Assembly: GCA_937960595.1 (NCBI GenBank)
Contig: CALGPL010000038.1
Location: forward strand, 107 to 64,106
Length of the DNA: 64,000 nucleotides
DNA from: an uncultured Anaerolineales bacterium
Lineage (GTDB): Bacteria; Chloroflexota; Anaerolineae; Anaerolineales; Villigracilaceae
Direction: 5' to 3'
The notes below the pieces were generated by a model. The model was not told the DNA's origin. It saw only the letters and a program-made list of their open reading frames with translations, and searched no databases. Both the position numbers and the translations under genes were made by a program. This document shows positions 1-13,007 of the stretch, piece by piece; position 1 is the stretch's first letter; every line of letters begins with the position of its first letter.

Positions 1-121
1 ACAGATAAACGCAGATTGGTTTGATAAACGTCACAAAATCTTTCATTTCGGCGAAGTATGTTGACTAATAGAGAAACGTTCCTCTTTTTCATTCGCGTTC
101 ATCCGCGTTTATCTGTGGTTT
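1..121. repeat. Family C repeat, copy 1: inverted pair of 10-nt-phased TTYATC-type units. The left arm may be cut by the window edge.
   Basis: 1-12 acagataaacgc is the reverse complement of 105-116 gcgtttatctgt. The right arm 88-121 reads ttcattcgcg / ttcatccgcg / tttatctgtg / gttt with a strict 10-nt period. The same motif recurs at 5363-5392, 41831-41900 and 52845-52965. Confidence 0.7.
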
Positions 122-202
122 ATGAGAATTACCGAATGGTTTCTTGAAAGTTTAAATCACTTCACTTTCTTAGAGTTATCTTACTTTTCTCCAATTGCCC
201 TG

Positions 203-211
203 TGCTATAAT
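203..211 (+). promoter_or_regulatory. Candidate extended -10 promoter (TGCTATAAT) for secA
   Basis: tgctataat lies 20 nt upstream of the secA ATG in an AT-rich leader. No good -35 is present, which fits the extended -10 class. Confidence 0.35.
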
Positions 212-230
212 CGCGGCCGAAAGGCTGCCT

Positions 231-3200
231 ATGCTCCAGAGTTTCGTCAAACTCGTTGGGGGCGACCCCAACAAGAGAGAAATCCAGAAAATCGGCGACC
301 TGGTCGCCCGCATCAATGCCCTGGAACCCGAGTTCGAGGCCCTAAGCGATGACGCCCTGCGCGCCAAGACGGACGAGTTCCGGGCGCGCCTGGCCGCCGC
401 CACCGAGGGGATCGAGAAAGAAGACCAACGCCTGCAGGCGGAAAGCCAAGTGCTGGACGAAATCCTGCCCGAGGCTTTTGCTGCCGTGCGCGAAGCCGCC
501 AAACGGGCCATCGGACTGCGCCCCTACGATGTGCAGTTGATCGGCGGCGTCGTCCTGCACCAGGGCAAGATCGCCGAGATGCGCACCGGCGAGGGCAAAA
601 CCCTGGTCGCCACCCTGCCACTTTATCTCAACGCCCTGACCGGCCGCGGCGTGCACCTCGTGACGGTCAACGATTACCTCGCCCGCCGCGACGCCCGCTG
701 GATGGGCGCGATCTATCATTTCCTGGGCCTCTCGGTCGGCATTTTGCAGATGGCGGCCGTCACCGAGAACGGCAAGAAGGCCTTCCTCTACGACCCCGAG
801 CGGACGCATCCCCGCGAAGACCAGCACCAGATGCGCCTGGTGGACCGCGTCGAGGCGTATGCCGCCGACATCACCTACGGGACCAACGCCGAGTTCGGCT
901 TCGACTATCTGCGCGACAACATGACCATGCGCCTGGAAGACCGCGTCCAGCGCGGCCATCACTACGCCATCGTCGACGAGGTGGATAACGTCCTGATTGA
1001 CGAGGCCCGCACCCCGCTGATCATCTCCGGCCCGGCCTCGGAGGATGTGGAGTGGTATCCGCGCATGGCCCAGATCGTGCGTCAACTCCGCCCCGAAGAT
1101 TACGAGGTCGAGGAGAAAGACCGCACCGTCTCCCTGACCGAGGTCGGCACGGCCCACGTCGAACAATTGCTCGGCCAGCCCCTCGGCGACCCCGACCGCC
1201 CCGAAGATGTGACCCCCGAACAGGCCCGCCTGCTGGGTTATCTGGAGCAGGCCCTGCGCGCCCAACACCTCTTCAAGCGCAACAAAGACTACCTGGTCCA
1301 GGCCGGCAAAGTCGTCATCGTGGACGAGTTCACCGGCCGCCTGATGCCCGGCCGCCGCTGGAGCGACGGCCTGCACCAGGCGGTAGAAGCCAAAGAGGGC
1401 GTCAAGGTGGAGCCGGAGAACGTCACCTACGCCACCATCACCCTCCAGAACTACTTCCGCATGTACCGCAAACTGGCCGGCATGACCGGCACGGCGCTCA
1501 CCGAGGCGGAAGAATTCCACAAAATCTACAAACTCGAAGTCTTGCCGATTCCGACCAACCTGGAGTATCAGGCCTTTGGACCCAACGCGCTGCTGGTAGA
1601 GGTCAAGGCCAAGGACGAGGACGGCTATGAATACGCCTACTTTGCCCGCCGCGATGACCCGCAGAAGAAAGTCGTCTTCTGGCGGCGCAAAGACTACCCG
1701 GATGTCATCTACCGCACCGCCGAGGCCAAACTGCGCGCCATCGTGCGCGAAATCGTGCGCGAACATGTGCGCGGCCGTCCGCTCCTGGTCGGCACGACCT
1801 CGGTCGAGAATTCCGAGCGCCTCTCCAATCGTCTGCGGGCCGAACCGGTGCGCCGCTTGATGCAGGTGCTGCTCCTCCGCCATGCCTGGCTGGAAGCCTC
1901 GGGCCGCGTCGAGGACGGACGCGCCATCCCCGAACTCCAACCGTTCAACCGCCCGCTCGACATGCTGCGCCCCGAAGACTTGCGCCCCATGGCCAAGGAA
2001 CTCGGTCTCTCGCTCAACCCCGAAGAACCGGCCAACCTGAAGCGCCTGCTCGACATTCTGAATCTGCAGGAAAGCGATAGCGACCGACTCAAGTCGGTCT
2101 TACAGGGCGGCGTGCCGCACCAGGTGCTGAATGCCCGCAAGCATACCGAGGAGAGCCAGATCATCGCCGGGGCCGGCGCCTTCGGGGCGGTGACCATCGC
2201 CACCAACATGGCCGGCCGCGGCGTGGACATCAAACTGGGCGGCGAACTGGCCGAAGAGGTGCTCAACACCGTCAACCGCGTCCTGCGCAAGGCCGGCTAC
2301 CGCGACCCCTTCGACATGACCCTCCAGGAACGGCGCGCCGCCCTCCGGCAAATGGATCCTTCCCTCTTCGGCATCTACGAGGGCGAGGTCAAATTCTTCT
2401 TGAAGTATTTTGAAGACATGGAACGCGTCCGCGCCCTGGGCGGCCTCTACGTCATCGGCTCGGAGCGCCACGAAGCCCGGCGCATTGACAACCAGTTGCG
2501 CGGCCGCGCCGCCCGCCAGGGCGATCCGGGCGCCTCGCGCTTCTACCTCTCCCTCGAAGATGACCTGATGCGTCTGTTCGGCGGCGATCAGGTCAAGAAC
2601 ATGATGCAGCGCTTGAGCATTGACGATGACTACCCGCTTCAGGCGCGCATGGTCAGCAACCTCATCGAAAGTTCGCAGCACCGCGTCGAAGGCGCCAACT
2701 TCGACGTCCGCAAACACTTACTCGAATACGACGACGTCCTCAATGCTCAGCGCATGCGCATCTATGCCCAGCGCAACCGCGTCTTCGAGAAAGACGATCT
2801 GACCGACGACGTGGACGAACTCATCCGTCAGGAGATCGAGCGGCGGGTGAGAGAGGCGGCCGAGGGCGGGCATCCCTGGCGGCTGCTGGCCTGGCTGGAT
2901 CAGATCCAGCCCTCCTTCCCCGCTCCGCAGGGCATCTTCCCGTCTTTCACCTATCGCGTCCTGCTCGACAAAATCGGCGCCGTTCCCGATGCCGGACTCA
3001 AAGCCGCCCTGCTCGAACTGGCCGACGAGGCCGTGCAGGCCGAACAGGATCACTTCGTGGAAGCCGCCGCCGAACAGATCGAACGCGCCGGCGCCGCCCT
3101 GCAAAGTCAGTGGCAGGAACGCCGCGACGACCTGGATACCTTCTTCGACACCGTCTCCGATTCCGAAACGACCGCCGGCCGCAATCCGCAGGAGATGCTG

Positions 3201-4148
3201 GACGAATTGCAGGCTACCCTGCGCCTGCCCGTGCGTCTGACCAACCAGCAACTGCGCCGCCTCGAAGCCGGCGACCGCGACCTGCAGGACGAACTCAGGG
3301 GGCAGGTCGAGGCCGCCCTGACCGGCGTCGCGGTCGAACGGCTGGTGAGGGGCCTGGAAATGCGCCTGGGCGAACCGCTCGGCCTGAACACCGCTGACTT
3401 GCAGCAACTCGACTGGGAGGAGGTTGCCGGGCAGGTCGAGGCGCGCCTGGCCGAAGTTCTGGAAGCGCGCCGCGAGCGTCTCCTCGGCCGCGACGGGCAA
3501 ATCGTCCGCGATCTGGAGGCGGCCTTCGAGCGCCAGCCGCAGCCTTACGACGGACAAGCCCGTCTGCACCTGCTGGGGCTGATCGCCCAGGGTTCGCGTA
3601 CCGCTTTCGACCCGCGCACCCATCGTCAGGTTCGGCAGATTTTCACCCGCTTGAATTATGTGTACTTGGCGGGCGCGCTCCTTTCCGGCCTGCCTCCCGC
3701 CGACCTGGAGCAACGCGTCCTGGATCACCTGACCGCCGCCCGCGAGGCCCAGTGCGCGGTCTGGGGACAGAGCGCCCTCCAGACGGGGGCAGCCTCCGCC
3801 CAGGAAGCCGGCCGCCAGACCTTGAACCAGATCTACCGTCAGGTCTTGCTCAGCAGCATCACCGAATTGTGGGTCGATTACCTGACCCGCATCGAAGCCC
3901 TGCGCGTCTCCATCGGTCTGGAGGCTTATGCTCAGCGTGACCCGCTGGTACAATATAAGAGTCAGGCTTCACAAATGTTCCAGACCCTGCTGGCCGACAT
4001 CCGCGCCGCGGTGGTCAGCCGGGTTTTCCTGTATCAGCCGCGCCGCGCCGTCGTACAGGCCGCCGAGGCCGAAGTCAGTCAGGCGCCCGCGGCGGCGCCG
4101 AACCGACCCTCGGCCTCTGACAAGAAACGCAAGCGCCATCGGCATTAG
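231..4148 (+). CDS. secA: Preprotein translocase ATPase SecA, unusually long at about 1305 aa
   Basis: The translation MLQSFVKLVGGDPNKREI...MRTGEGKTLVATLP...DEVDNVLIDEARTPLIISG...ATNMAGRGVDIKLGG...HLLEYDDVLNAQR is canonical SecA. I prefer the ATG at 231 (M13 of the 195 ORF). Confidence 0.97.
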   Translation: MLQSFVKLVGGDPNKREIQKIGDLVARINALEPEFEALSDDALRAKTDEFRARLAAATEGIEKEDQRLQAESQVLDEILPEAFAAVREAAKRAIGLRPYDVQLIGGVVLHQGKIAEMRTGEGKTLVATLPLYLNALTGRGVHLVTVNDYLARRDARWMGAIYHFLGLSVGILQMAAVTENGKKAFLYDPERTHPREDQHQMRLVDRVEAYAADITYGTNAEFGFDYLRDNMTMRLEDRVQRGHHYAIVDEVDNVLIDEARTPLIISGPASEDVEWYPRMAQIVRQLRPEDYEVEEKDRTVSLTEVGTAHVEQLLGQPLGDPDRPEDVTPEQARLLGYLEQALRAQHLFKRNKDYLVQAGKVVIVDEFTGRLMPGRRWSDGLHQAVEAKEGVKVEPENVTYATITLQNYFRMYRKLAGMTGTALTEAEEFHKIYKLEVLPIPTNLEYQAFGPNALLVEVKAKDEDGYEYAYFARRDDPQKKVVFWRRKDYPDVIYRTAEAKLRAIVREIVREHVRGRPLLVGTTSVENSERLSNRLRAEPVRRLMQVLLLRHAWLEASGRVEDGRAIPELQPFNRPLDMLRPEDLRPMAKELGLSLNPEEPANLKRLLDILNLQESDSDRLKSVLQGGVPHQVLNARKHTEESQIIAGAGAFGAVTIATNMAGRGVDIKLGGELAEEVLNTVNRVLRKAGYRDPFDMTLQERRAALRQMDPSLFGIYEGEVKFFLKYFEDMERVRALGGLYVIGSERHEARRIDNQLRGRAARQGDPGASRFYLSLEDDLMRLFGGDQVKNMMQRLSIDDDYPLQARMVSNLIESSQHRVEGANFDVRKHLLEYDDVLNAQRMRIYAQRNRVFEKDDLTDDVDELIRQEIERRVREAAEGGHPWRLLAWLDQIQPSFPAPQGIFPSFTYRVLLDKIGAVPDAGLKAALLELADEAVQAEQDHFVEAAAEQIERAGAALQSQWQERRDDLDTFFDTVSDSETTAGRNPQEMLDELQATLRLPVRLTNQQLRRLEAGDRDLQDELRGQVEAALTGVAVERLVRGLEMRLGEPLGLNTADLQQLDWEEVAGQVEARLAEVLEARRERLLGRDGQIVRDLEAAFERQPQPYDGQARLHLLGLIAQGSRTAFDPRTHRQVRQIFTRLNYVYLAGALLSGLPPADLEQRVLDHLTAAREAQCAVWGQSALQTGAASAQEAGRQTLNQIYRQVLLSSITELWVDYLTRIEALRVSIGLEAYAQRDPLVQYKSQASQMFQTLLADIRAAVVSRVFLYQPRRAVVQAAEAEVSQAPAAAPNRPSASDKKRKRHRH

Positions 4149-4280
4149 ACATTGTTCGAAATAAATTTCATTGCCTAGGCGCCAAGAAGGATGTGGGCCG
4201 CCAAGGGCATTTCGCGGTGATTTTTCAGGCATCTTAGCGTTCTTCGCGTCTTGGCGGTGATTACGAAGAAAGCCGATTGA
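4148..4280 (+). repeat. Family A dispersed element, copy 1 (about 130 nt)
   Basis: gacattgttcgaaataaatttca...gccaagggcatttcgcgg...ggcatcttagcgttcttcgcgtcttggcggtgattacgaagaaagccgattga aligns base-for-base over most of its length with 13008-13149, and more loosely with 39154-39276 and the reverse complement of 58343-58475. Confidence 0.85.
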
Positions 4281-4288
4281 CTATCCTC

Positions 4289-5314
4289 ATGAGCGTGCCT
4301 CTCGACTATCCAGCCCTCCCCAAGGTTGATCTGCACCGCCATCTCGAAGGCTCTTTGCGCCTCGAGACGATGCTCGACATTGCCCGCGCCCATCAGATCA
4401 CCATCCCGGCCAACATCGTCCATTTGAGCAATCTGGTGCAGGTGCAGAACGGCGAGCCGTTCACCTATCAGAATTTCCTGGCGAAATTTGCTACCCTGCG
4501 CATGTTTTATCGCTCGCCGGAGGTGATTCACCGCGTCACCATGGAGGCGGTGGAGGACGCCGCCCGCGACAACGTGCGCTACCTGGAACTGCGTTTCACG
4601 CCGGTGGCCCTCAGCCGGGCCGAGCGTTTCCCGCTGGCCGAGGTGACCGATTGGGTGTGCGAGGCAGCCCGCCAGGCGGGCAAGAAACATGGCGTCATCG
4701 TCCACCTGATTGCCTCGGTCAACCGCCACGAGAGCGTCGAACTGGCCGAACAGGTGGCCTGGACGGCGGCCGATCATCTCGACCATGGCCTGGTCGGCCT
4801 CGACCTGGCCGGCAACGAGGCCGAATTCCCGGCCGCGCCCTTCCTGGGCATCTTCCGCGAGGCCCGGCAGGCCGGCCTGCAGGCCACCGTCCACGCCGGG
4901 GAATGGGGCGAACCGGCCAACATCCGGCAGGCGATCGAAGAATTCGGCGTCCGGCGAATCGGCCATGGCGTGCGCGTCCTCGAAGACGAGTACACCACGG
5001 CCCTGGCGCGCGAACGCGGCGTGGTCTTCGAAGTCTGCGTGACCAGCAATTATCAGAGCGGCGTGGTGGACTCGCTCGGCGCGCACCCTCTGCCCAAGAT
5101 GCTGAATGCCGGTCTCAATATCACCCTCAACACCGATGATCCCAGCATCTCGCAGATTACCCTCTCGGATGAATATCGTCAGGCTTGTGAGCACCTGGGC
5201 TTATCGCCCGAAGCCCTCAAATACCGAATCCTGGCCGCCGCCCAAGCCGGTTTCTTGAAGGACGGTGAACGCAGCCGGCTGACGGCGCAATTGCGCAAAG
5301 AATTGAAAATCTAA
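4289..5314 (+). CDS. add: Adenosine deaminase
   Basis: LPKVDLHRHLEGSLR near the N-terminus, plus TVHAGE and LNTDDP motifs typical of the adenosine/AMP deaminase family. An alternative TTG start exists at 4277. Confidence 0.9.
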   Translation: MSVPLDYPALPKVDLHRHLEGSLRLETMLDIARAHQITIPANIVHLSNLVQVQNGEPFTYQNFLAKFATLRMFYRSPEVIHRVTMEAVEDAARDNVRYLELRFTPVALSRAERFPLAEVTDWVCEAARQAGKKHGVIVHLIASVNRHESVELAEQVAWTAADHLDHGLVGLDLAGNEAEFPAAPFLGIFREARQAGLQATVHAGEWGEPANIRQAIEEFGVRRIGHGVRVLEDEYTTALARERGVVFEVCVTSNYQSGVVDSLGAHPLPKMLNAGLNITLNTDDPSISQITLSDEYRQACEHLGLSPEALKYRILAAAQAGFLKDGERSRLTAQLRKELKI

Positions 5315-5345
5315 CCGGTGATCGCCCTAATCAGCCGACCTGAAG

Positions 5346-5392
5346 CCGCGAATTTCTCTTCCCCATTCGTGAAAATTCGCGTCATTCGTGGC
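5346..5392. repeat. Short family C-type 10-nt-phased unit with a hairpin, downstream of add
   Basis: ccattcgtga / aaattcgcgt / cattcgtggc at 5363-5392 has a 10-nt period. gcgaattt (5348-5355) pairs with aaattcgc (5373-5380). Confidence 0.5.
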
Positions 5393-5497
5393 AAAGGACA
5401 ACTTGTGGGCCTCAACAAAAAATCTGACCTTTGACCCTCTGCCCTTCTTGGTCGGAGACCGCCGTTTCCCAGTTCAACCGTTTGTCAGGAGGAGCCT

Positions 5498-8203
<2,706 letters not shown>

Positions 8204-8209
8204 TCGTTG

Positions 8210-8240
8210 AGGCCCCGTTCTCCGGAACGGGGCCTTTGCT
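8210..8240. terminator. Bidirectional hairpin between the convergent acnA and creatininase-family genes
   Basis: aggccccgttc-tccg-gaacggggcct is an 11-bp stem, followed by ttgct. Confidence 0.6.
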
Positions 8241-8241
8241 A

Positions 8242-9039
8242 TCAGGGCCGCTCGATTTTCGTAAAGAATTCGTCCTGCAGGCGGCCGGTCTCTTGATCCT
8301 CCTTAATCACCCGAATGGCTCGCGCCAGGGCCTGCGAAGCCGCCGTCAGCCAGTGCTCGCCCTTCTCGGCGGTGGCCGGGCGGCCATCGCCGCAGTAATG
8401 GGTGGGATGGTCGCCGTACCACCAGATGCCGGTGCTGATCCCCAGGTCGCGCAGCGGCTTGAGTCGCCCGAGCGGCTGCCCTTCGTCATCGGCGGGGAGG
8501 GCGGCGCGGTCCACCAGGTCGGGGCGGATGGCCAGGAGGATGCTGGTCTCGCGTTCGCCGGCGTGTCCGTCCACGCTCGTCTCCCAAATCGGCCCGGACT
8601 CGGCCTCCTGGACGTGGTAGGGCGGCGGCGGCACGTAGACGACGTAATCGCGCCGGCTGGCGAGTTGAGATTGGGCAAAGAAGTAGATGAGCGAATCGTT
8701 GCCGCCGTGGCCGTTCACCAGGACGATTTTCTTCAGCCCGTTGCGGGCAATCTCGCGGCAGACGGCCTCCAGCAGGCGCAGGAACAGGTCCGGTTCGAGG
8801 CCGATGCAGCCGGGGGTGTGGCGCGCTTCGAGAATCTGGGTGTAGAAAAGGTCCGGGTAGATCACCGCCGGCTCGAGTTCGGCGGCGCGGCGGCAGACTT
8901 CGCGGGCGATCAGCAGGTCGGTGTTAAGCGGCAGGTGATGGCCGTGCCGTTCGATGCAGGAGAGCGGCAGCAGGCAAACGCCCTGCGCTTTTTCGACCGC
9001 TTGCGGGAACTGATCGCCGGTCAATTCTTCCCATCGCAT
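8242..9039 (-). CDS. Creatininase-family amidohydrolase
   Basis: The N-terminus MRWEELTGDQFPQAVEKAQGVCLLPLSCIERHGHHLPLNTD and the later GHGGN and ETS motifs fit the creatininase/MftE/ArfB-type fold. A GGAGG SD is present. Confidence 0.8.
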   Translation of the reverse strand: MRWEELTGDQFPQAVEKAQGVCLLPLSCIERHGHHLPLNTDLLIAREVCRRAAELEPAVIYPDLFYTQILEARHTPGCIGLEPDLFLRLLEAVCREIARNGLKKIVLVNGHGGNDSLIYFFAQSQLASRRDYVVYVPPPPYHVQEAESGPIWETSVDGHAGERETSILLAIRPDLVDRAALPADDEGQPLGRLKPLRDLGISTGIWWYGDHPTHYCGDGRPATAEKGEHWLTAASQALARAIRVIKEDQETGRLQDEFFTKIERP

Positions 9040-9049
9040 AGGGACCTCC

Positions 9050-10384
<1,335 letters not shown>

Positions 10385-10508
10385 GTTCCTCCAATCAGGC
10401 GATTTTAACGGTAAAAATGTGACGGTTGGACAGCGAGTAAAAAGGACTCATTCTGTCCATATTTGTGTATTGTAAAGAAAAGGGGGGGATGAGTCAATAC
10501 GCGAATGC

Positions 10509-10517
10509 TGGTAGAAT
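10509..10517 (+). promoter_or_regulatory. Candidate extended -10 promoter (TGGTAGAAT)
   Basis: tggtagaat lies 27 nt upstream of the ATG at 10544. Confidence 0.35.
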
Positions 10518-10543
10518 ACTTAAAATTTTCTGGAGGTGTGTTC

Positions 10544-10894
10544 ATGTCTCGTCTGGAGGAATTTCAAGCCTATCGCGTCCGTATGAATGAGCGCATTCTG
10601 GAAATCGGTCACCTGGGCATCAAACGCTTTTTCAACCTGGACACGATGGCTTATGCCGACGGCGCTTTGCCGGCCAAGACGAAGGAGTTGCTGGGCCTGG
10701 TGGCCTCGATGGTTTTGCGCTGCAACGATTGTATTGATTATCACATTTTGCAATGCGTCGAGGCTGGCTGGACGGATGAGGAATTGTATGAAGCGTTCAA
10801 TGTGGCCCTTGTCGTGGGCGGCAGCATTGTGATTCCCCATCTGCGCCATGCGGTGGAAACGCTCGATTTGAAGCGCGGCCGGGAGGGGCAATGA
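10544..10894 (+). CDS. Carboxymuconolactone decarboxylase / AhpD-like family protein
   Basis: The LPAKTKELLGLVASMVLRCNDCIDYH motif (CxxC in an AhpD-like helix) is present. A GGAGG SD at 10532 favours the ATG at 10544. Confidence 0.8.
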   Translation: MSRLEEFQAYRVRMNERILEIGHLGIKRFFNLDTMAYADGALPAKTKELLGLVASMVLRCNDCIDYHILQCVEAGWTDEELYEAFNVALVVGGSIVIPHLRHAVETLDLKRGREGQ

Positions 10895-11178
10895 GGAGTG
10901 AGGAACTGACCGTCTGCCACAATCTGCAGGCCGGCCGTTTCGAGGTCGAGGCGGAGGGCCGCCTGGCGGTGCTGGAATACCGTCTGCAGGGCAAAAAGAT
11001 GATCATCACGCACACGGGCGTCCCGCCGGCGCTGGAGGGGCGGGGGATCGGCTCGCGGCTGGCGCGAGCGGCGCTGGAACAGGCCCGGGTTCAGGGGCTG
11101 AAGGTGACGGCGCTGTGTCCGTTCGTGGCTGCCTATGTCCAGAAGCATCCGGAATACCAGGACTTGCTGGCGGGGTGA
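10891..11178 (+). CDS. Small GNAT-like protein (YjdJ / Acetyltransf_CG type)
   Basis: 95 aa with an ATGA start/stop overlap with the upstream gene. The GRGIGSRLARAAL motif and the PFV..Y...HPEY tail are typical of this family. Confidence 0.7.
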   Translation: MRSEELTVCHNLQAGRFEVEAEGRLAVLEYRLQGKKMIITHTGVPPALEGRGIGSRLARAALEQARVQGLKVTALCPFVAAYVQKHPEYQDLLAG

Positions 11179-11321
11179 GTTTCTCCAGGGCAGGCAGGCC
11201 TTGCAGAATCCGGCCCTGATTGTGCATGGCCGGTTTTGGCAAATATTCATGTGTGCTTAATCTATCTCGCCTCGATTGGGCGTAGAATGGAATTGAAGGA
11301 AAAGATCACAAGGAGAGAGAG

Positions 11322-12188
11322 ATGAAAAAGGCGGTTGCAGTTTTAACCGACAGTACCGCTAGCCTGCCCGAAGCCATGCTTGCAGAACTCCGTATTCGGA
11401 CGGTCGCCTATTACATTCACCGCGGCCAGGAGGTGCTGCGCGACCTGGTCACGGTGCAGCGGGAGGAGTTTTTGCAGTGGCTGATGAGCGCCCGTTTCCT
11501 GCCGACGACGGCCAGCCCCGGGCCGGGGGATTATTTCGAGGCTTATCAGGAACTGGCCGAGGAGGGCCATGAGGAGATCATCAGCATCCACATGACCTCC
11601 AAGGCGAGCGGCGCTTACCAGGCAGCGACGGTGGCCCAATCAATGATGCAGGAGCAGAGGCCGGAGGTGAAGATCGAGGTCATTGACACCCGCAACGTTT
11701 CGCTGTGTCAGGGCTGGATGGTGATCGAGGCGGCCCGCGCCGCGTTGGCGGGGCTGCGCCTCGACCAAATCGTGCAGCGCGTGCGCGCCATGATTCCGAT
11801 CACGCGCATGATTCAGACGGCCGACACGCTCAAGTATCTCTACCTGGGCGGGCGGATCGGGCGGGCCAAGCACCTGGTCGGCACGCTGCTCAATATCAAG
11901 CCGTTGATCGGCATGGAAGACGGCGAAATCGTGCCGCTGGGGGTGGCCCGCAGCCGCAGCGGGGCGTATCAGGCCATGGCCGAGAAAGTGGCCGAGGCGG
12001 TGGGGAAGGGAAAAGCGCGTGTGGCCTACGTCCATGCCGGGGCGCGGCAGGAGGTCGAAAAGTTGCGCCGGATGGTCTCGGAAAAAGTCCAGGTGGTGGA
12101 GGATTTGATCGCGGAACTCTCTCCGGCTTTGATGGTTCATACCGGGCCGGGCACGGCCGGGTTGTGTTTCTTCCCGGTCGAGGGGTGA
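11322..12188 (+). CDS. DegV family fatty-acid-binding protein
   Basis: MKKAVAVLTDSTASLP at the N-terminus, and ISIHMTSKASGAYQAA matches the DegV signature. AAGGAG SD. Confidence 0.88.
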   Translation: MKKAVAVLTDSTASLPEAMLAELRIRTVAYYIHRGQEVLRDLVTVQREEFLQWLMSARFLPTTASPGPGDYFEAYQELAEEGHEEIISIHMTSKASGAYQAATVAQSMMQEQRPEVKIEVIDTRNVSLCQGWMVIEAARAALAGLRLDQIVQRVRAMIPITRMIQTADTLKYLYLGGRIGRAKHLVGTLLNIKPLIGMEDGEIVPLGVARSRSGAYQAMAEKVAEAVGKGKARVAYVHAGARQEVEKLRRMVSEKVQVVEDLIAELSPALMVHTGPGTAGLCFFPVEG

Positions 12189-12247
12189 GCAGCGCCCCGG
12201 CGAAGTTCATTTCCGCCCTGCTTCTGAGGAGCCGGGCGGTTGCGCTT

Positions 12248-12931
12248 TCAAGGGCGCGGAATCTCGACCGGTTCGTTGTAGTTCGAAAGGCGCATGACGG
12301 CGTGCAGGTTGCCGGTCAGCCCCAGGACGCCCAGGTCGAATTCCATTTCGTACTCGATGCGCCGGATCAAGAAGTCGCGTTGACCGACCCACAGGTTGAG
12401 GCGCGGCGGGGGCAGGCCGGCGCCGACCTGGCCGGGCAGGCCGGGGGCGGTCAGTTCCAGCAAGGCCTGCAGATCGACATCCATGGCGAGATGGTAACAG
12501 GCCAGGCCGTCCAGCCGCTCGTCGCTGCTGACCAGTTCCAGGTTGCGGGCGGTGGATAAGAGGCGCCACTGGCCGAGTTGGAGGAGGGGGGCGGCGGGGC
12601 GCGGCCGCGCCGTCTCGAGGGCGATCCAGTCCTGGGTGCCTGCCAGGCGGAGGTAGCGGCCGTCCTCGCCCAGCGAGAGGAATTCGACCGTCGTGCCCAG
12701 CGTGTGGGTCGTGACGTAGACCTGATCGGGGGCGGCGAACACCCCTTCGGCGGTCATCGTTGCCGGCAGGCCGGGGAGGCGGGCTGCCAGTGACAGGTCG
12801 GCCCGATAGGTTTCGGCCTGACTCATGGCAGCCAGGGTGCGGGCCAGAATTTCCTCGGCGGTGAGGGGAAACAGGCGGCAGGCTACGGTCAGCAGGATGG
12901 CCGACAACAGGACGAGAGGGGTTCTTTTCAT
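12248..12931 (-). CDS. Secreted LolA-like / lipoprotein-sorting-fold hypothetical protein
   Basis: The signal peptide is MKRTPLVLLSAILLTVAC. The following beta-rich sequence resembles LolA/DUF4367-type proteins. The start is taken at M15 of the ORF. Confidence 0.6.
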   Translation of the reverse strand: MKRTPLVLLSAILLTVACRLFPLTAEEILARTLAAMSQAETYRADLSLAARLPGLPATMTAEGVFAAPDQVYVTTHTLGTTVEFLSLGEDGRYLRLAGTQDWIALETARPRPAAPLLQLGQWRLLSTARNLELVSSDERLDGLACYHLAMDVDLQALLELTAPGLPGQVGAGLPPPRLNLWVGQRDFLIRRIEYEMEFDLGVLGLTGNLHAVMRLSNYNEPVEIPRP

Positions 12932-13007
12932 GACGCCTCCTGATGAACGAGCCGAGAGGGAAAAGAAAAACATGGGTCGAACTCAGCGCGGCGACCCATG
13001 TTCATTG

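Noticed and set aside
1-230. Whether the AT-rich, repeat-bearing region before secA (and the TTATC-containing words of family C generally) is oriC with DnaA boxes.
   Set aside because: The words read TTATCTGTG / TTCATCTGTG rather than TTATCCACA. The last four bases are the complement, not a match. No dnaA or dnaN is nearby, and the same words occur at several unrelated intergenic sites.
342-1940. Very long ORFs antisense to or overlapping the called genes. Examples: 342-1940 (-), 2718-3953 (-), 5474-8176 (-), 14329-16038 (+), 23351-24889 (+), 30453-32105 (+), 31916-34045 (+), 44420-47068 (+), 54744-56840 (+) and 60421-63957 (-, 1178 aa).
   Set aside because: The translations are Arg/Gly/Ala/Pro-rich low-complexity strings with no recognisable motifs, typical of stop-poor frames in high-GC DNA. 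In every case the opposite or other frame encodes a protein with unmistakable family signatures (SecA, aconitase, OFOR, RsmI, HdrA, GyrA, GH31, UxaA/LarA).
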